Shown here one piece after another: positions 12,900-26,700 of a stretch of 64,000 bases of DNA. Each line of letters starts with the position of its first letter. Position 1 is the first letter of the stretch. Source of the stretch: Amphiscolops sp. MND2022. Its lineage: Eukaryota. Both the position numbers and the translations under genes were made by a program. The notes under the pieces were generated by a model. The model had not been told where the DNA came from. It was given only the letters and a program-made list of their open reading frames with translations, and ran no database searches. The DNA lies in NCBI GenBank assembly GCA_964187785.1, contig OZ076409.1:8806001-8870000 (forward strand), given 5' to 3'.

Positions 12900-13450
12900 C
12901 TAGCTAGTTCTAAGTCTAATCTCTCTGAGATCTCAGTTAGTTCTTCTGAAGAGGAAGACTGTTTGGTGGATTAGATTCTAATTTTCTCCGAGTGGATATA
13001 TTCTATCAAACTAGGGTAGATTTCATTCATTTACATTATTAAGAAATGACAGTAACAGGATGGATCTGAGAAGCTTGTTACAGGATATATTAAGTGAAGT
13101 TTCTCCAAAGATAATAGAATTACATCTATTAATTACTTGGGTTAGGAGTTCAGACTATTTCAGATTTATAGAATCTTTGAGGACATGCATCATGGCATCA
13201 CAGTTGAAAGTGAAAGCTGTTTCCAAAACAGGAACGTAACTTCTATTGGAATCGTTTTTCGTTTGAACAAAATAGGATGCCTTACAATCTTTTACGATTT
13301 GTTGGTAATATTCTGATTGGTTCCTCGCACCCCCATACAATGAAATTGGTCAGAAGTTCTATTTTTCATCAATTCAGAGCAAATCATATTTTATCAATAG
13401 CTTCTTCTGAGCAAGATGTGAGCAATGATTGAAAAATAATGAATGGTTTA
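12900..13450 (-). mobile_element. Possible Penelope/GIY-YIG retroelement relic
   Basis: KDCKASYFVQTK resembles the C..C..SY.GQT motif of GIY-YIG endonucleases. Otherwise very decayed. Confidence 0.25.
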
Positions 13451-13848
13451 ACTTTCATCAATGATCCAAGGCTTCCAATTAATCCATGGTTTTTGAATAA
13501 CTAAAAAAATCATGAAAAATTTTCTAAAACAAGTTATGTCTCAACTAAAAACAAACTTTCGACCATGTTACTTATTTGGCCCTCCCAAGCGGCTACAGGG
13601 GATGAGGGATAAGAAACGAAGTTCAGATACCATTATGTCGACAACGTTTGCGCTGAAATTTTTGTCTAAAAAAATAATTGATGTCGACTTAATCCTATTT
13701 TATAGATTAATTCACAGTTAGAAGTTTTTTCAAGCATAAAAGTTGTTGTAGTTTTTTGGGAGGGGGTGTTAAGAAACAAGGTGTACCTGGGGGGTTATAG
13801 ATAAGAAAGATGGTCCGAAACTTTACTACAATATTTCCACCTCTGCAG

Positions 13849-14133
13849 ATTACAATCCATGTGAAGACCCGACTCTGGTTGTTTGCGATAAAAAGAATAC
13901 GGAATGTGTTAACACCGGAACGAGTTTTTCCTGTGACTGCGTTTCTGGCTACACTCACAATGGCGTCACTGGATCATGCGAAGACATCGATGAATGTTCA
14001 TGTCTGGATGAAAACTCTGGCTGCACCCGGGGCAACAATTGCGGCGAACTGGAAGTCTGTGTCAACACGCCTGGCTCATTCAATTGTGATTGCAAAGAGG
14101 GATTCGCTAGAAATAAAAGCAACGATTGTATTG
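13849..14133 (+). CDS. Host gene exon: two EGF / calcium-binding EGF repeats
   Basis: CTGCAG acceptor, G|GTTAGT donor, 285 bp, phase 1-1. DYNPCEDPTLVVCDKKNTECVNTGTSFSCDCVSGY..CEDIDECS..CVNTPGSFNCDCKEGF..C. This frame differs from the ORF-track call at 13810. Confidence 0.93.
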
Positions 14134-14145
14134 GTTAGTTTGAGG

Positions 14146-14520
14146 AAGCATGGAGTAGCGGTTAGAGTATTCGGCTTGTACTATGATAGTAACAGGTTCG
14201 AATCTCTCTCAACTCACAATTGCTGGGCTTTAAGTAAGTGTTTCATCCCTAGCTTAGTGGTATGGTCATGACAAAAAATCACGCATTTGGTGGAGAAAAG
14301 CATAAATAAAGAGAGCAACAGTGAGCAGTCAGACTTTCGTGACCTTGAGCAAGGCACTTGGAAACCACAGCTTCAAGTTAATCATCGCTTGACTATTCTG
14401 CTACAGATATGGTACCAAAGCTTGCTATGGCGAGTTAGTATCCGAAAGGGCGCCGACTTAGAAAAGCAGAACTGCTTATTCGGCGACCAACCCACGGTGA
14501 TGGGAAATTAACTTTTACTT
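14146..14520 (+). mobile_element. tRNA-derived SINE-like element
   Basis: A-box-like TGGAGTAGCGGTTAG and B-box GGTTCGAATC. Its 3' end (CCGAAAGGGCGCCGACTTAGAAAAGCAGAACTG..GGGAAATTAACTTT) recurs at about 31143-31200. Confidence 0.55.
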
Positions 14521-14780
14521 CTAATTTATTGTCAGATTTCCTTTAGTCTTCTGGTTTGTATGCTTGATTGGAAAAATTACAATCCGAGCATCCGTTAGAA
14601 GCAATTGTCAAACTCTCACACTGATAATTTATATCGCCTCAAAACCTAGAGCATGCAGTGTTTGACACTTTGGTAAAAGCGCGGGACCGGAGTTAGGGCT
14701 TGAAAAATTCATCAATCTTAACATTGCTTCGTAATTGATAGCTTAAACTTGCATCATCAATATTTATTTTGCAAAATGAT

Positions 14781-17700
14781 CCGGGTTTCTGTCTCATACA
14801 AAAACAGGTTGATCATACTCTGGACCAGAAAGGTTCATGGTCCAGAGTATGACCAACCTGGAACCGTGAACCTTTATGGTCCAGAGTATGACCAACCTGG
14901 AACCGTGAACCTTTATGGTCCAGAGTATGACCAACCTGGAACCGTGAACCTTTATGGTCCAGAGTATGACCAACCTGGAACCGTGAACCTTTATGGCCCA
15001 GAGTATGACCAACCTGGAACCGTGAACCTTTATGGTCCAGAGTATGACCAACCTGGAACCGTGAACCTTTATGGTCCAGAGTATGACCAACCTGGAACCG
15101 TGAACCTTTATGGTCCAGAGTATGACCAACCTGGAACCGTGAACCTTTATGGTCCAGAGTATGACCAACCTGGAACCGTGAACCTTTATGGCCCAGAGTA
15201 TGACCAACCTGGAACCGTGAACCTTTATGGTCCAGAGTATGATCTACCTGGAACCGTGAACCTTTATGGTCCAGAGTATGACCAACCTGGAACCGTGAAC
15301 CTTTATGGTCCAGAGTATGACCAACCTGGAATCGTGAACCTTTATGGTCCAGAGTATGACCAACCTGGAACCGTTAACCTTTATGGCCCAGAGAATGACC
15401 AATCTGGAACCGTGAACCTCTTTGGTCCAGAGTATGACCAACCTGGAACCGTGAACCTTTATGGTCCAGAGTATGACCAACCTGGAACCGTGAACCTTTA
15501 TGGTCCAGAGTATGACCAACCTGGAACCGTGAACCTTCATGGTCCAGAGTATGACCAACCTGGAACCGTGAACCTTTATGGTCCAGAGTATGACCAACCT
15601 GGAACCGTGAACCTTTATGGTCCAGAGTATGACCAACCTGGAACCGTGAACCTTTATGGTCCAGAGTATGACCAACCTGGAACCGTGAATCTTTATGGTC
15701 CAGAGTATGACCAACCTGGAACCGTGAACCTTTATGGCCCAGAGTATGACCAACCTGGAACCGTGAACCTTTATGGTCCAGAGTATGACCAACCTGGAAC
15801 CGTGAACCTTTATGGTCCAGAGTATGACCAACCTGGAACCGTGAACCTTTATGGTTGAGAGTATGACCAACCTGGAACCGTGAACCTTTATGGTCCAGGG
15901 TATGACCAACCTGGAACCGTGAACCTTTATGGCCCAGAGTATGACCAACCTGGAACTGTGAACCTTTATGGTCCAGAATATGACCAAACTGGAACCGTGA
16001 ACCTCTATGGTCCAGAGTATGACCAACTTGGAACCGTGAGTCTTTATGGTCCAGAGTATGACCAACCTGGAACCGTGAACCTTTATGGTCCAGAGTATGA
16101 CCAACCTGGAACCGTGAACCTTTATGATCCAGAGTATGGCCAACCTGGAACCGTGAACCTTTATGGTCCAGAGTATGACCAACCTGGAACCGTGAACCTT
16201 TATGGTCCAGAGTATGACCAACCTGGAACCGTGAACCTTTATGGTCCAGAGTATGACCAACCAGGAACCGTGAACCTTTATGGTCCAGAGTATGACCAAC
16301 CTGGAACCGTGAACCTTTATGGTCCAGTGTATGACCAACCTGGAACCGTGAACCTCTATGGTCCAGAGTATGACCAACTGGAACCGTGAACCTTTATGGT
16401 CCAGAGTATGACCAACTTGGAACCGTGAACCTTTATGGTCCAGAGTATGACCAACCTGGAACCGTGAACCTTTATGGTCCAGAGTATGACCAACCTGGAA
16501 CCGTGAACATTTATGGTCCAGAGTATGACCAACCTGGAACCGTGAACCTTTATGGTCCAGGGTATGACCAAGCTGGAACCGTGAACCTTTATGGTCCAGA
16601 GTATGATCAACCTGGAACCGTGAACCTCTATGGTCCAGAGTATGACCAACCTGGAACCGTGAACCTTTATGGTCCAGAGTATGACCAACCTGGAACCGTG
16701 AACCTTTATGGTCCAGAGTATGACCAACCTGGAACCGTGAACCTTTATGGTCCAGAGTATGACCAACCTGGAACCGTGAACCTTTATGGTCCAGAGTATG
16801 ACCAACCTGGAACCGTGAACCTTTATGGTCCAGAGTATGATCAACCTGGAACCGTGAACCTTTATGGTCCAGAGTATGACCAACCTGGAACCTTGAACCT
16901 TTATGGTCCAGAGTATGACCAACTGGAACCGTGAACCTTTATGGTCCAGAGTATGACCAACTTGGAACCGTGAACCTTTATGGTCCAGAGTATGACCAAC
17001 CTGGAACCGTGAACCTTTATGGTCCAGAGTATGACCAACCTGGAACCGTGAACATTTATGGTCCAGAGTATGACCAACCTGGAACCGTGAACCTTTATGG
17101 TCCAGGGTATGACCAAGCTGGAACCGTGAACCTTTATGGTCCAGAGTATGATCAACCTGGAACCGTGAACCTCTATGGTCCAGAGTATGACCAACCTGGA
17201 ACCGTGAACCTTTATGGTCCAGAGTATGACCAACCTGGAACCGTGAACCTTTATGGTCCAGAGTATGACCAACCTGGAACCGTGAACCTTTATGGTCCAG
17301 AGTATGACCAACCTGGAACCGTGAACCTTTATGGTCCAGAGTATGACCAACCTGGAACCGTGAACCTTTATGGTCCAGAGTATGATCAACCTGGAACCGT
17401 GAACCTTTATGGTCCAGAGTATGACCAACCTGGAACCTTGAACCTTTATGGTCCAGAGTATGACCAACCTGGAACCGTGAACCTTTATGGTCCAGAGTAT
17501 GACCAACCTGGAACCGTGAACCTTAGTGGTCCAGAGTATGACCAACCTGGAACCGTGAACCTTTATGGTCCAGAGTATGACTAACCTGGAACCGTGAACC
17601 TTTATGGTCCACAGTATGACCATCCTGGAACCGTGAACCTTTATGGTCCAGAGTATGACCAACCTGGAACCGTGAACCTTTATGGTCCAGAGTATGACCA

Positions 17701-20700
17701 ACCTGGAACCGTGAACCTTTATGGTCCAGAGTATGACCATCCTGGAACCGTGAACCTTTATGGTCCAGAGTATGACCAACCTGGAACCGTGAACCTTTAT
17801 GGTCCAGAGTATGACCAACCTGGAACCGTGAACCTTTATGGTCCAGAGTATGACCAACCTGGAACCGTGAACCTTTATGGTCCAGAGTATGACCAACCTG
17901 GAACCGTGAACCTTTATGGTCCAGAGTATGATCAACCTGGAACCGTGAACCTTTATGGTCCAGAGTATGACCAACCTGGAACCTTGAACCTTTATGGTCC
18001 AGAGTATGACCAACCTGGAACCGTGAACCTTTATGGTCCAGAGTATGACCAACCTGGAACCGTGAACCTTTGTGGTCCAGAGTATGACCAACCTGGAACC
18101 GTGAACCTTTATGGTCCAGAGTATGACTAACCTGGAACCGTGAACCTTTATGGTCCACAGTATGACCATCCTGGAACCGTGAACCTTTATGGTCCAGAGT
18201 ATGACCAACCTGGAACCGTGAACCTTTATGGTCCAGAGTATGACCAACCTGGAACCGTGAACCTTTATGGTCCAGAGTATGACCATCCTGGAACCGTGAA
18301 CCTTTATGGTCCAGAGTATGACCAACCTGGAACCGTGAACCTTTATGGTCCAGAGTATGACCAACCTGGAACCGTGAACCTTTATGGTCCAGAGTATGAC
18401 CAACCTGGAACCGTGAACCTTTATGGTCCAGAGTATGACCAACCTGGAACCGTGAACCTTTATGGTCCAGAGTATGACCAACCTGGAACCGTGAACCTTT
18501 ATGGTCCAGGGAATGACCAACCTGGAACCGTGAACCTTTATGGTCCAGAGTATGACCAACCTGGAACCGTGAACCTTTATGGTCCAGAGTATGACCAACC
18601 TGGAACCGTGAACCTTTATGGTCCAGAGTATGACCATCCTGGAACCGTGAACCTTTGTGGTCCAGAGTATGACCAACCTGGAACCGTGAACCTTTATGGT
18701 CCAGAGTATGACCAACTTGGAACCGTGAACCTTTATGGTCCAGAGTATGACCAACCTGGAACCGTGAACCTTTATGGTCCAGAGTATGACCAACCTGGAA
18801 CCGTGAACATTTATGGTCCAGAGTATGACCAACCTGGAACCGTGAACCTTTATGGTCCAGGGTATGACCAAGCTGGAACCGTGAACCTTTATGGTCCAGA
18901 GTATGATCAACCTGGAACCGTGAACCTCTATGGTCCAGAGTATGACCAACCTGGAACCGTGAACCTTTATGGTCCAGAGTATGACCAACCTGGAACCGTG
19001 AACCTTTATGGTCCAGAGTATGACCAACCTGGAACCGTGAACCTTTATGGTCCAGAGTATGACCAACCTGGAACCGTGAACCTTTATGGTCCAGAGTATG
19101 ACCAACCTGGAACCGTGAACCTTTATGGTCCAGAGTATGATCAACCTGGAACCGTGAACCTTTATGGTCCAGAGTATGACCAACCTGGAACCTTGAACCT
19201 TTATGGTCCAGAGTATGACCAACCTGGAACCGTGAACCTTTATGGTCCAGAGTATGACCAACCTGGAACCGTGAACCTTTGTGGTCCAGAGTATGACCAA
19301 CCTGGAACCGTGAACCTTTATGGTCCAGAGTATGACTAACCTGGAACCGTGAACCTTTATGGTCCACAGTATGACCATCCTGGAACCGTGAACCTTTATG
19401 GTCCAGAGTATGACCAACCTGGAACCGTGAACCTTTATGGTCCAGAGTATGACCAACCTGGAACCGTGAACCTTTATGGTCCAGAGTATGACCATCCTGG
19501 AACCGTGAACCTTTATGGTCCAGAGTATGACCAACCTGGAACCGTGAACCTTTATGGTCCAGAGTATGACCAACCTGGAACCGTGAACCTTTATGGTCCA
19601 GAGTATGTCCAACCTGGAACCGTGAACCTTTATGGTCCAGAGTATGACCAACCTGGAACCGTGAACCTTTATGGTCCAGAGTATGACCAACCTGGAACCG
19701 TGAACCTTTATGGTCCAGGGAATGACCAACCTGGAACCGTGAACCTTTATGGTCCAGAGTATGACCAACCTGGAACCGTGAACCTTTATGGTCCAGAGTA
19801 TGACCAACCTGGAACAGTGAACCTTTATGGTCCAGAGTATGACCAACCTGGAACCGTGAACCTTTATGGTCCAGAGTATGACCAACATGGAACCGTGAAC
19901 CTTTATGGTCCAGAGTATGACCAACCTGGAAACGTGAACCTTTATGGTCCAGAGTATGACCAACCTGGAACCGTGAACCTTTATGGTCCAGAGTTTGACC
20001 AACCTGGAACCGTTAACCTTTATGGCCCAGTGAATGACCAACCTGGAACCGTGAACCTTTATGGTCCAGGGTATGACCAACCTGGAACCGTGAACCTTTA
20101 TGGTCCAGAGTATGACCAACCTGGAACCGTGAACCTTTATGGTCCAGAGTTTGACCAACCTGGAACCGTGAACCTTTATGGTCCAGAGTATGACGAACCT
20201 GGAACCGTGAGCCTTTATGGTCCAGAGTATGACCAACCTGGAACCGTGAACCTTTATGGTCCAGAGTATGACCAACCTGGAACCGTGAACCTTTTATAGT
20301 CCTGAGTATGACCAACCTGGAACCGTGAACTTTTATGGTCCAGAGTTTGACCAACCTGGAACCGTGAACCTTTATGGTCCAGAGTATGACCAACCTGGAA
20401 CCGTGAACCTTTATGGTCGAGTATGACCAACCTGGAACCGTGAACCTTTATGGTCCAGAGTATGACCAACCCGGAACCGTGAACCTTTATGGTCCAGAGT
20501 ATGACCAACCTGGAACCGTGAACCTTTATGGTCCAGAGTATGACCAACCTGGAACCGTGAACCTATATGGTCCAGGGTATGACCAACCTGGAACCGTGAA
20601 CCTTTATGGTCCAGAGTATGACCAACCTGGAACCGTGAACCTTTATGGTCCAGAGTATGACCAACCTGGAACCGTGAACCTCTATGGTCCAGAGTATGAC

Positions 20701-23700
20701 CAACCTGGAACCGTGAACCTTTATGGTCCAGAGTATGACCAACATGGAACCGTGAACCTTTATGGTCCAGAGTATGACCAACCTGGAACCGTGAACCTTT
20801 ATGGTCCAGAGTATGACCAACCTGGAACCGTGAACCTTTATGGTCCAGAGTATGACCAACCTGGAACCGTGAAACTTTATGGTCCAGAGTATGACCAACC
20901 CGGAACCGTGAACCTTTATGGTCCAGAGTATGACCAACCTGGAACCGTGAACCTTTATGATCCAGAGTATGACCAACCTGGAACCGTGAACCTATATGGT
21001 CCAGGGTATGACCAACCTGGAACAGTGAACCTTTATGGTCCAGAGTATGACCAACCTGGAACCGTGAACCTCTATGGTTCAGAGTATGACCAACCTGGAA
21101 CCGTGAACCTCTATGGTCCAGAGTATGACCAACCTGGAACCGTGAACCTTTATGGTCCAGAGTATGACCAACCTGGAACCGTGAACCTTTATGGTCCAGA
21201 GTATGACCAACCTGGAACCGTGAACCTTTATGGTCCAGAGTATGACCAACCTGGAACCGTGAACCTTTATGGTCCAGAGTATGACCAACCTGGAACCGTG
21301 AACCTCTATGGTCCAGAGTATGACCAACCTGGAATCGTGAACCTTTATGGTCCAGAGTATGACCAACCTGGAACCGTTAACCTTTATGGCCCAGAGAATG
21401 ACCAACCTGGAACCGTGAACCTTTATGGTCCAGGGTATGACCAACCTGGAACCGTGAACCTTTATGGTCCAGAGTATGATCAACCTGGAACCGTGAACCT
21501 TTATGGTCCAGAGTATGACCAACCTGGACCTGTTAACCTTTATGGCCCAGAGAATGACCAACCTGGAACCGTGAACCTTTATGGTCCAGGGTATGACCAA
21601 CCTGGAACCGTGAACCTTTATGGTCCAGAGTATGACCAACCTGGAACCGTGAACCTTTATGGTTCAGAGTATGACCAACCTGGAACCGTGAACCTTTATG
21701 GTCCAGAGTATGACCAACCTGGAACCGTGAACCTTTATGGTCCAGAGTATGACCAACCCGGAACCGTGAACCTTTATGGTCCAGAGTATGACCAACCTGG
21801 AACCGTGAACCTTTATGATCCAGAGTATGACCAACCTGGAACCGTGAACCTATATGGTCCAGGGTATGACCAACCTGGAACAGTGAACCTTTATGGTCCA
21901 GAGTATGACCAACCTGGAACCGTGAACCTCTATGGTTCAGAGTATGACCAACCTGGAACCGTGAACCTCTATGGTCCAGAGTATGACCAACCTGGAACAG
22001 TGAACCTTTATGGTCCAGAGTATGACCAACCTGGAACCGTGAACCTTTATGGTCCAGAGTATGACCAACCTGGAACCGTGAACCTTTGTGGTCCAGAGTA
22101 TGACCAACCCGGAACCGTGAACCTTTATGGTCCAGAGTATGACCAACCTGGAACCGTGAACCTTTATGATCCAGAGTATGACCAACCTGGAACCGTGAAC
22201 CTATATGGTCCAGGGTATGACCAACCTGGAACAGTGAACCTTTATGGTCCAGAGTATGACCAACCTGGAACCGTGAACCTCTATGGTTCAGAGTATGACC
22301 AACCTGGAACCGTGAACCTCTATGGTCCAGAGTATGACCAACCTGGAACCGTGAACCTTTATGGTCCAGAGTATGACCAACCTGGAACCGTGAACCTTTA
22401 TGGTCCAGAGTATGACCAACCTGGAACCGTGAACCTTTATGGTCCAGAGTATGACCAACCTGGAACCGTGAACCTATATGGTCCAGAGTATGACCAACCT
22501 GGAACCGTGAACCTCTATGGTCCAGAGTATGACCAACCTGGAATCGTGAACCTTTATGGTCCAGAGTATGACCAACCTGGAACCGTTAACCTTTATGGCC
22601 CAGAGAATGACCAACCTGGAACCGTGAACCTTTATGGTCCAGGGTATGACCAACCTGGAACCGTGAACCTTTATGGTCCAGAGTATGATCAACCTGGAAC
22701 CGTGAACCTTTATGGTCCAGAGTATGACCAACCTGGAACCGTTAACCTTTATGGCCCAGAGAATGACCAACCTGGAACCGTGAACCTTTATGGTCCAGGG
22801 TATGACCAACCTGGAACCGTGAACCTTTATGGTCCAGAGTATGACCAACCTGGAACCGTGAACCTTTATGGTCCAGAGTATGACCAACCTGGATCCGTGA
22901 ACCTTTATGGTCCAGAGTATGACCAACCTGGAACCGTGAACCTTTATGGTCCAGAGTATGACCAACCTGGAACCGTGAACCTTTATGGTCCAGAGTATGA
23001 CCAACCTGGAACCGTGAACCTTTATGGTCCAGAGTATGACCAACCTGGAATCGTGAACCTTTATGGTCCAGAGTATGACCAACCTGGAACCGTTAACCTT
23101 TATGGGCCAGAGAATGACCAACCTGGAACCGTGAACCTTTATGGTCCAGGGTATGACCAACCTGGAACCGTGAACCTTTATGGTCAGAGTATGATCAACC
23201 TGGAACCGTGAACCTTTATGGTCCAGAGTATGACCAACCTGGAACCGTTAACCTTTATGGCCCAGAGAATGACCAACCTGGAACCGTGAACCTTTATGGT
23301 CCAGGGTATGACCAACCTGGAACCGTGAACCTTTATGGTCCAGAGTATGACCAACCTGGAACCGTGAACCTTTATGGTCCAGAGTATGACCAACCTGGAA
23401 CCGTGAACCTTTATGGTCCAGAGTATGACCAACCTGGAACCGTGAACCTTTATGGTCCAGAGTATGACCAACCTGGAACCGTGAACCTTTATGGTCCAGA
23501 GTATGACCAACCTGGAACCGTGAACCTTTATGGTCCAGAGTATGACCAACCTGGAATCGTGAACCTTTATGGTCCAGAGTATGACCAACCTGGAACCGTT
23601 AACCTTTATGGCCCAAAGAATGACCAACCTGGAACCGTGAACCTTTATGGTCCAGGGTATGACCAGCCTGGAACCGTCAACCTTTATGGTCCAGAGTATG

Positions 23701-26700
23701 ACCAATCTGGAACCGTGAACCTTTATGGTCCAGAGTATGACCAACCTGGAACCGTGAACCTTTATGGTCCAGAGTATGACGAACCTGGAACCGTGAGCCT
23801 TTATGGTCCAGAGTGTGACCAACCTGGAACCGTGAACCTTTATGGTCCAGAGTATGACCAACCTGGAACCGTGAACCTTTTATGGTCCAGAGTATGACCA
23901 ACCTGGAACCGTGAACCTTTATGGTCCAGAGTATGACCAACCTGGAACCGTGAACCTTTATGGTCCAGAGTATGACCAACCTGGAACCGTGAACCTTTAT
24001 GGTCCAGAGTATGACCAACCTGGAACCGTGAACCTTTATGGTCCAGAGTATGACCAATCTGGAACCGTGAACCTTTATGGTCCAGAGTATGACCAACCTG
24101 GAACAGTGAACCTTTATGGTCCAGAGTATGACCAACCTGGAACCGTGAACCTATATGGTCCAGGGTATGACCAACCTGAAACCGTGAACCATTTTAGTCC
24201 AGAGTATGACCAACCTGGAACCGTGAACCTTTATGGTCCAGAGTATGACCAACCTGGAACCGTGAACCTTTATGGTCCAGAGAATGACCAACCTGGAACC
24301 GTGAACATTTATGGTCCAGAGTATGACCAACCTGGAACCGTGAACCTTTATGGTCCAGAGTATGACCAACCTGGAACCGTGAACCTTTATGGTCCAGAGT
24401 ATGACCAACCTGGAATCGTGATTCTTTTGGTCCAGAGTATGACCAACCTGGAACCGTTAACCGTTATGGCCCAGAGAATGACCAACCTGGAACCGTGAAC
24501 CTTTATGGTCCAGGGTATGACCAACCTGGAACCGTGAACCTTTATGGTCCAGAGTATGACCAACCAGGAACCGTGAAACTTTATGGTCCAGAGTATGACC
24601 AACCTGGAACCGTGAACCTTTATGGTCCAGAGTATGACCAACCTGGAACCGTGAACCTTTATGGTCCAGAGTATGACCAACCTGGAACCGTGAACCTTTA
24701 TGGTCCAGAGTATGACCAACCTGGAACCGTGAACCTTTATGGTCCAGAGTATGACCAACCTGGAATCGTGAACCTTTATGGTCCAGAGTATGACCAACCT
24801 GGAACCGTTAACCTTTATGGCCCAGAGAATGACCAACCTGGAACCGTGAACCTTTATGGTCCAGAGTATGACCAACCTGGAACCGTTAACCTTTATGGCC
24901 CAGAGAATGACCAACCTGGAACCGTGAACCTTTATGGTCCAGGGTATGACCAACCTGGAACCGTGAATCTTTATGGTCCAGAGTATGACCAACCTGGAAC
25001 CGTGAACCTTTATGGTCCAGAGTATGACCAACCTGGAACCGTGAACCTTTATGGTCCAGAGTATGACCAACCTGGAACCGTGAACCTTTATGGTCCAGAG
25101 TATGACCAACCTGGAACCGTGAACCTTTATGGTCCAGAGTATGACCAACCTGGAACCGTGAACCTTTATGGTCCAGAGTATGACCAACCTGGAACCGTGA
25201 ACTTTTATGGCCCGGAGAATGACCAACCTGGAACCGTGAACCTTTATGGTCCAGGGTATGACCAACCTGGAACCGTGAACCTTTATGGCCCAGAGAATGA
25301 CCAACCTGGAACCGTGAACCTTTATGGTCCAGAGTATGACCAACCTGGAACCGTGAACCTTTATGGTCCAGAGTATGACCAACCTGGAACCGTGAACCTT
25401 TATGGTCCAGAGTATGACCAACCTGGAACCGTGAACCTCTATTGTCCAGAGTATGACCAACCTGGAACCGTGAACCTTTATGGTCCAGAGTATGACCAAC
25501 CTGGAACCGTGAACCTTTATGGTCCAGAGTATGACCAACCTGGAACTGTGAACCTTTATGGTCCAGAGTATGACCAACCTGGAAGCGTGAACCTCTATGG
25601 TCCAGAGTATGACCAACCTGGAACCGTGAACCTTTATGGTCCAGAGTATAACCAACCTGGAACTGTGAACCTTTATGGTCCAGAGTATGACCAACCTGGA
25701 ACCGTGAACCTTTATGGTCCAGAGTATGACCAACCTGGAACCGTGAACCTTTATGGTCCAGAGTATTACCAACTGGAACCGTGAACCTTTATGGTCCAGA
25801 GTATGACAAACCTGGAATTGTGAACTTTTATGGTCCAGAGTATGACCAACCTGGAACCGTGAACCTTTATGGTCCAGAGTATGACCAACCTGGAACCGTG
25901 AACCATTATGGTCCAGAGTATGACCAACCTGGAATTGTGAACCTTTATGGTCCAGAGTATGACCAACCTGGAACCGTGAACCTTTATGGCCCAGAGTATG
26001 ACCAACCTGGAACCGTGAACCTTTATGGTCCAGAGTATGACCAACCTGGAACCGTGAACCTTTATGGTCCAGAGTAGAACTAACCTGGAATCGTGAACCT
26101 TTATGGTCCAGAGTATGACCAACCTGGAACCGTGAACCTTTATGGTCCAGAGTATGACCAACCTGGAACCGTGAACCTTTATGGTCCAGAGTATGACCAA
26201 CCTGGAACCGTGAACCTTTATGGTCCAGAGTATGACCAACCTGGAACCGTGAACCTTTATGGTCCAGAGTATGACCAACCTGGAACCGTGAACCTTTATG
26301 GTCCAGAGTATGACCAACCTGGAACCGTGAACCTTTATGGTCCAGAGTATGACCAACCTGGAACCGTGAACCTTTATGGTCCAGAGTATGACCAACCTGG
26401 AACCGTGAACCTTTATGGTCCAGAGTATGACCAACCTGGAACCGTTAACCTTTATGGCCCAGAGAATGACCAACCTGGAACCGTGAACCTTTATGGTCCA
26501 GGGTATGACCAACCTGGAACCGTGAACCTTTATGGTCCAGAGTATGACCAACCAGGAACCGTGAACCTTTATGGTCCAGAGTATGACCAACCTGGAACCG
26601 TGAACCTTTATGGTCCAGAGTATGACCAACCTGGAACCGTGAACCTTTATGGTCCAGAGTATGACCAACCTGGAACCGTGAACCTCTATGGTCAAGAGTA

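Noticed and set aside
13810..14271. 153-aa ORF in the track
   Set aside because: Alternate frame of the EGF exon 13849-14133.
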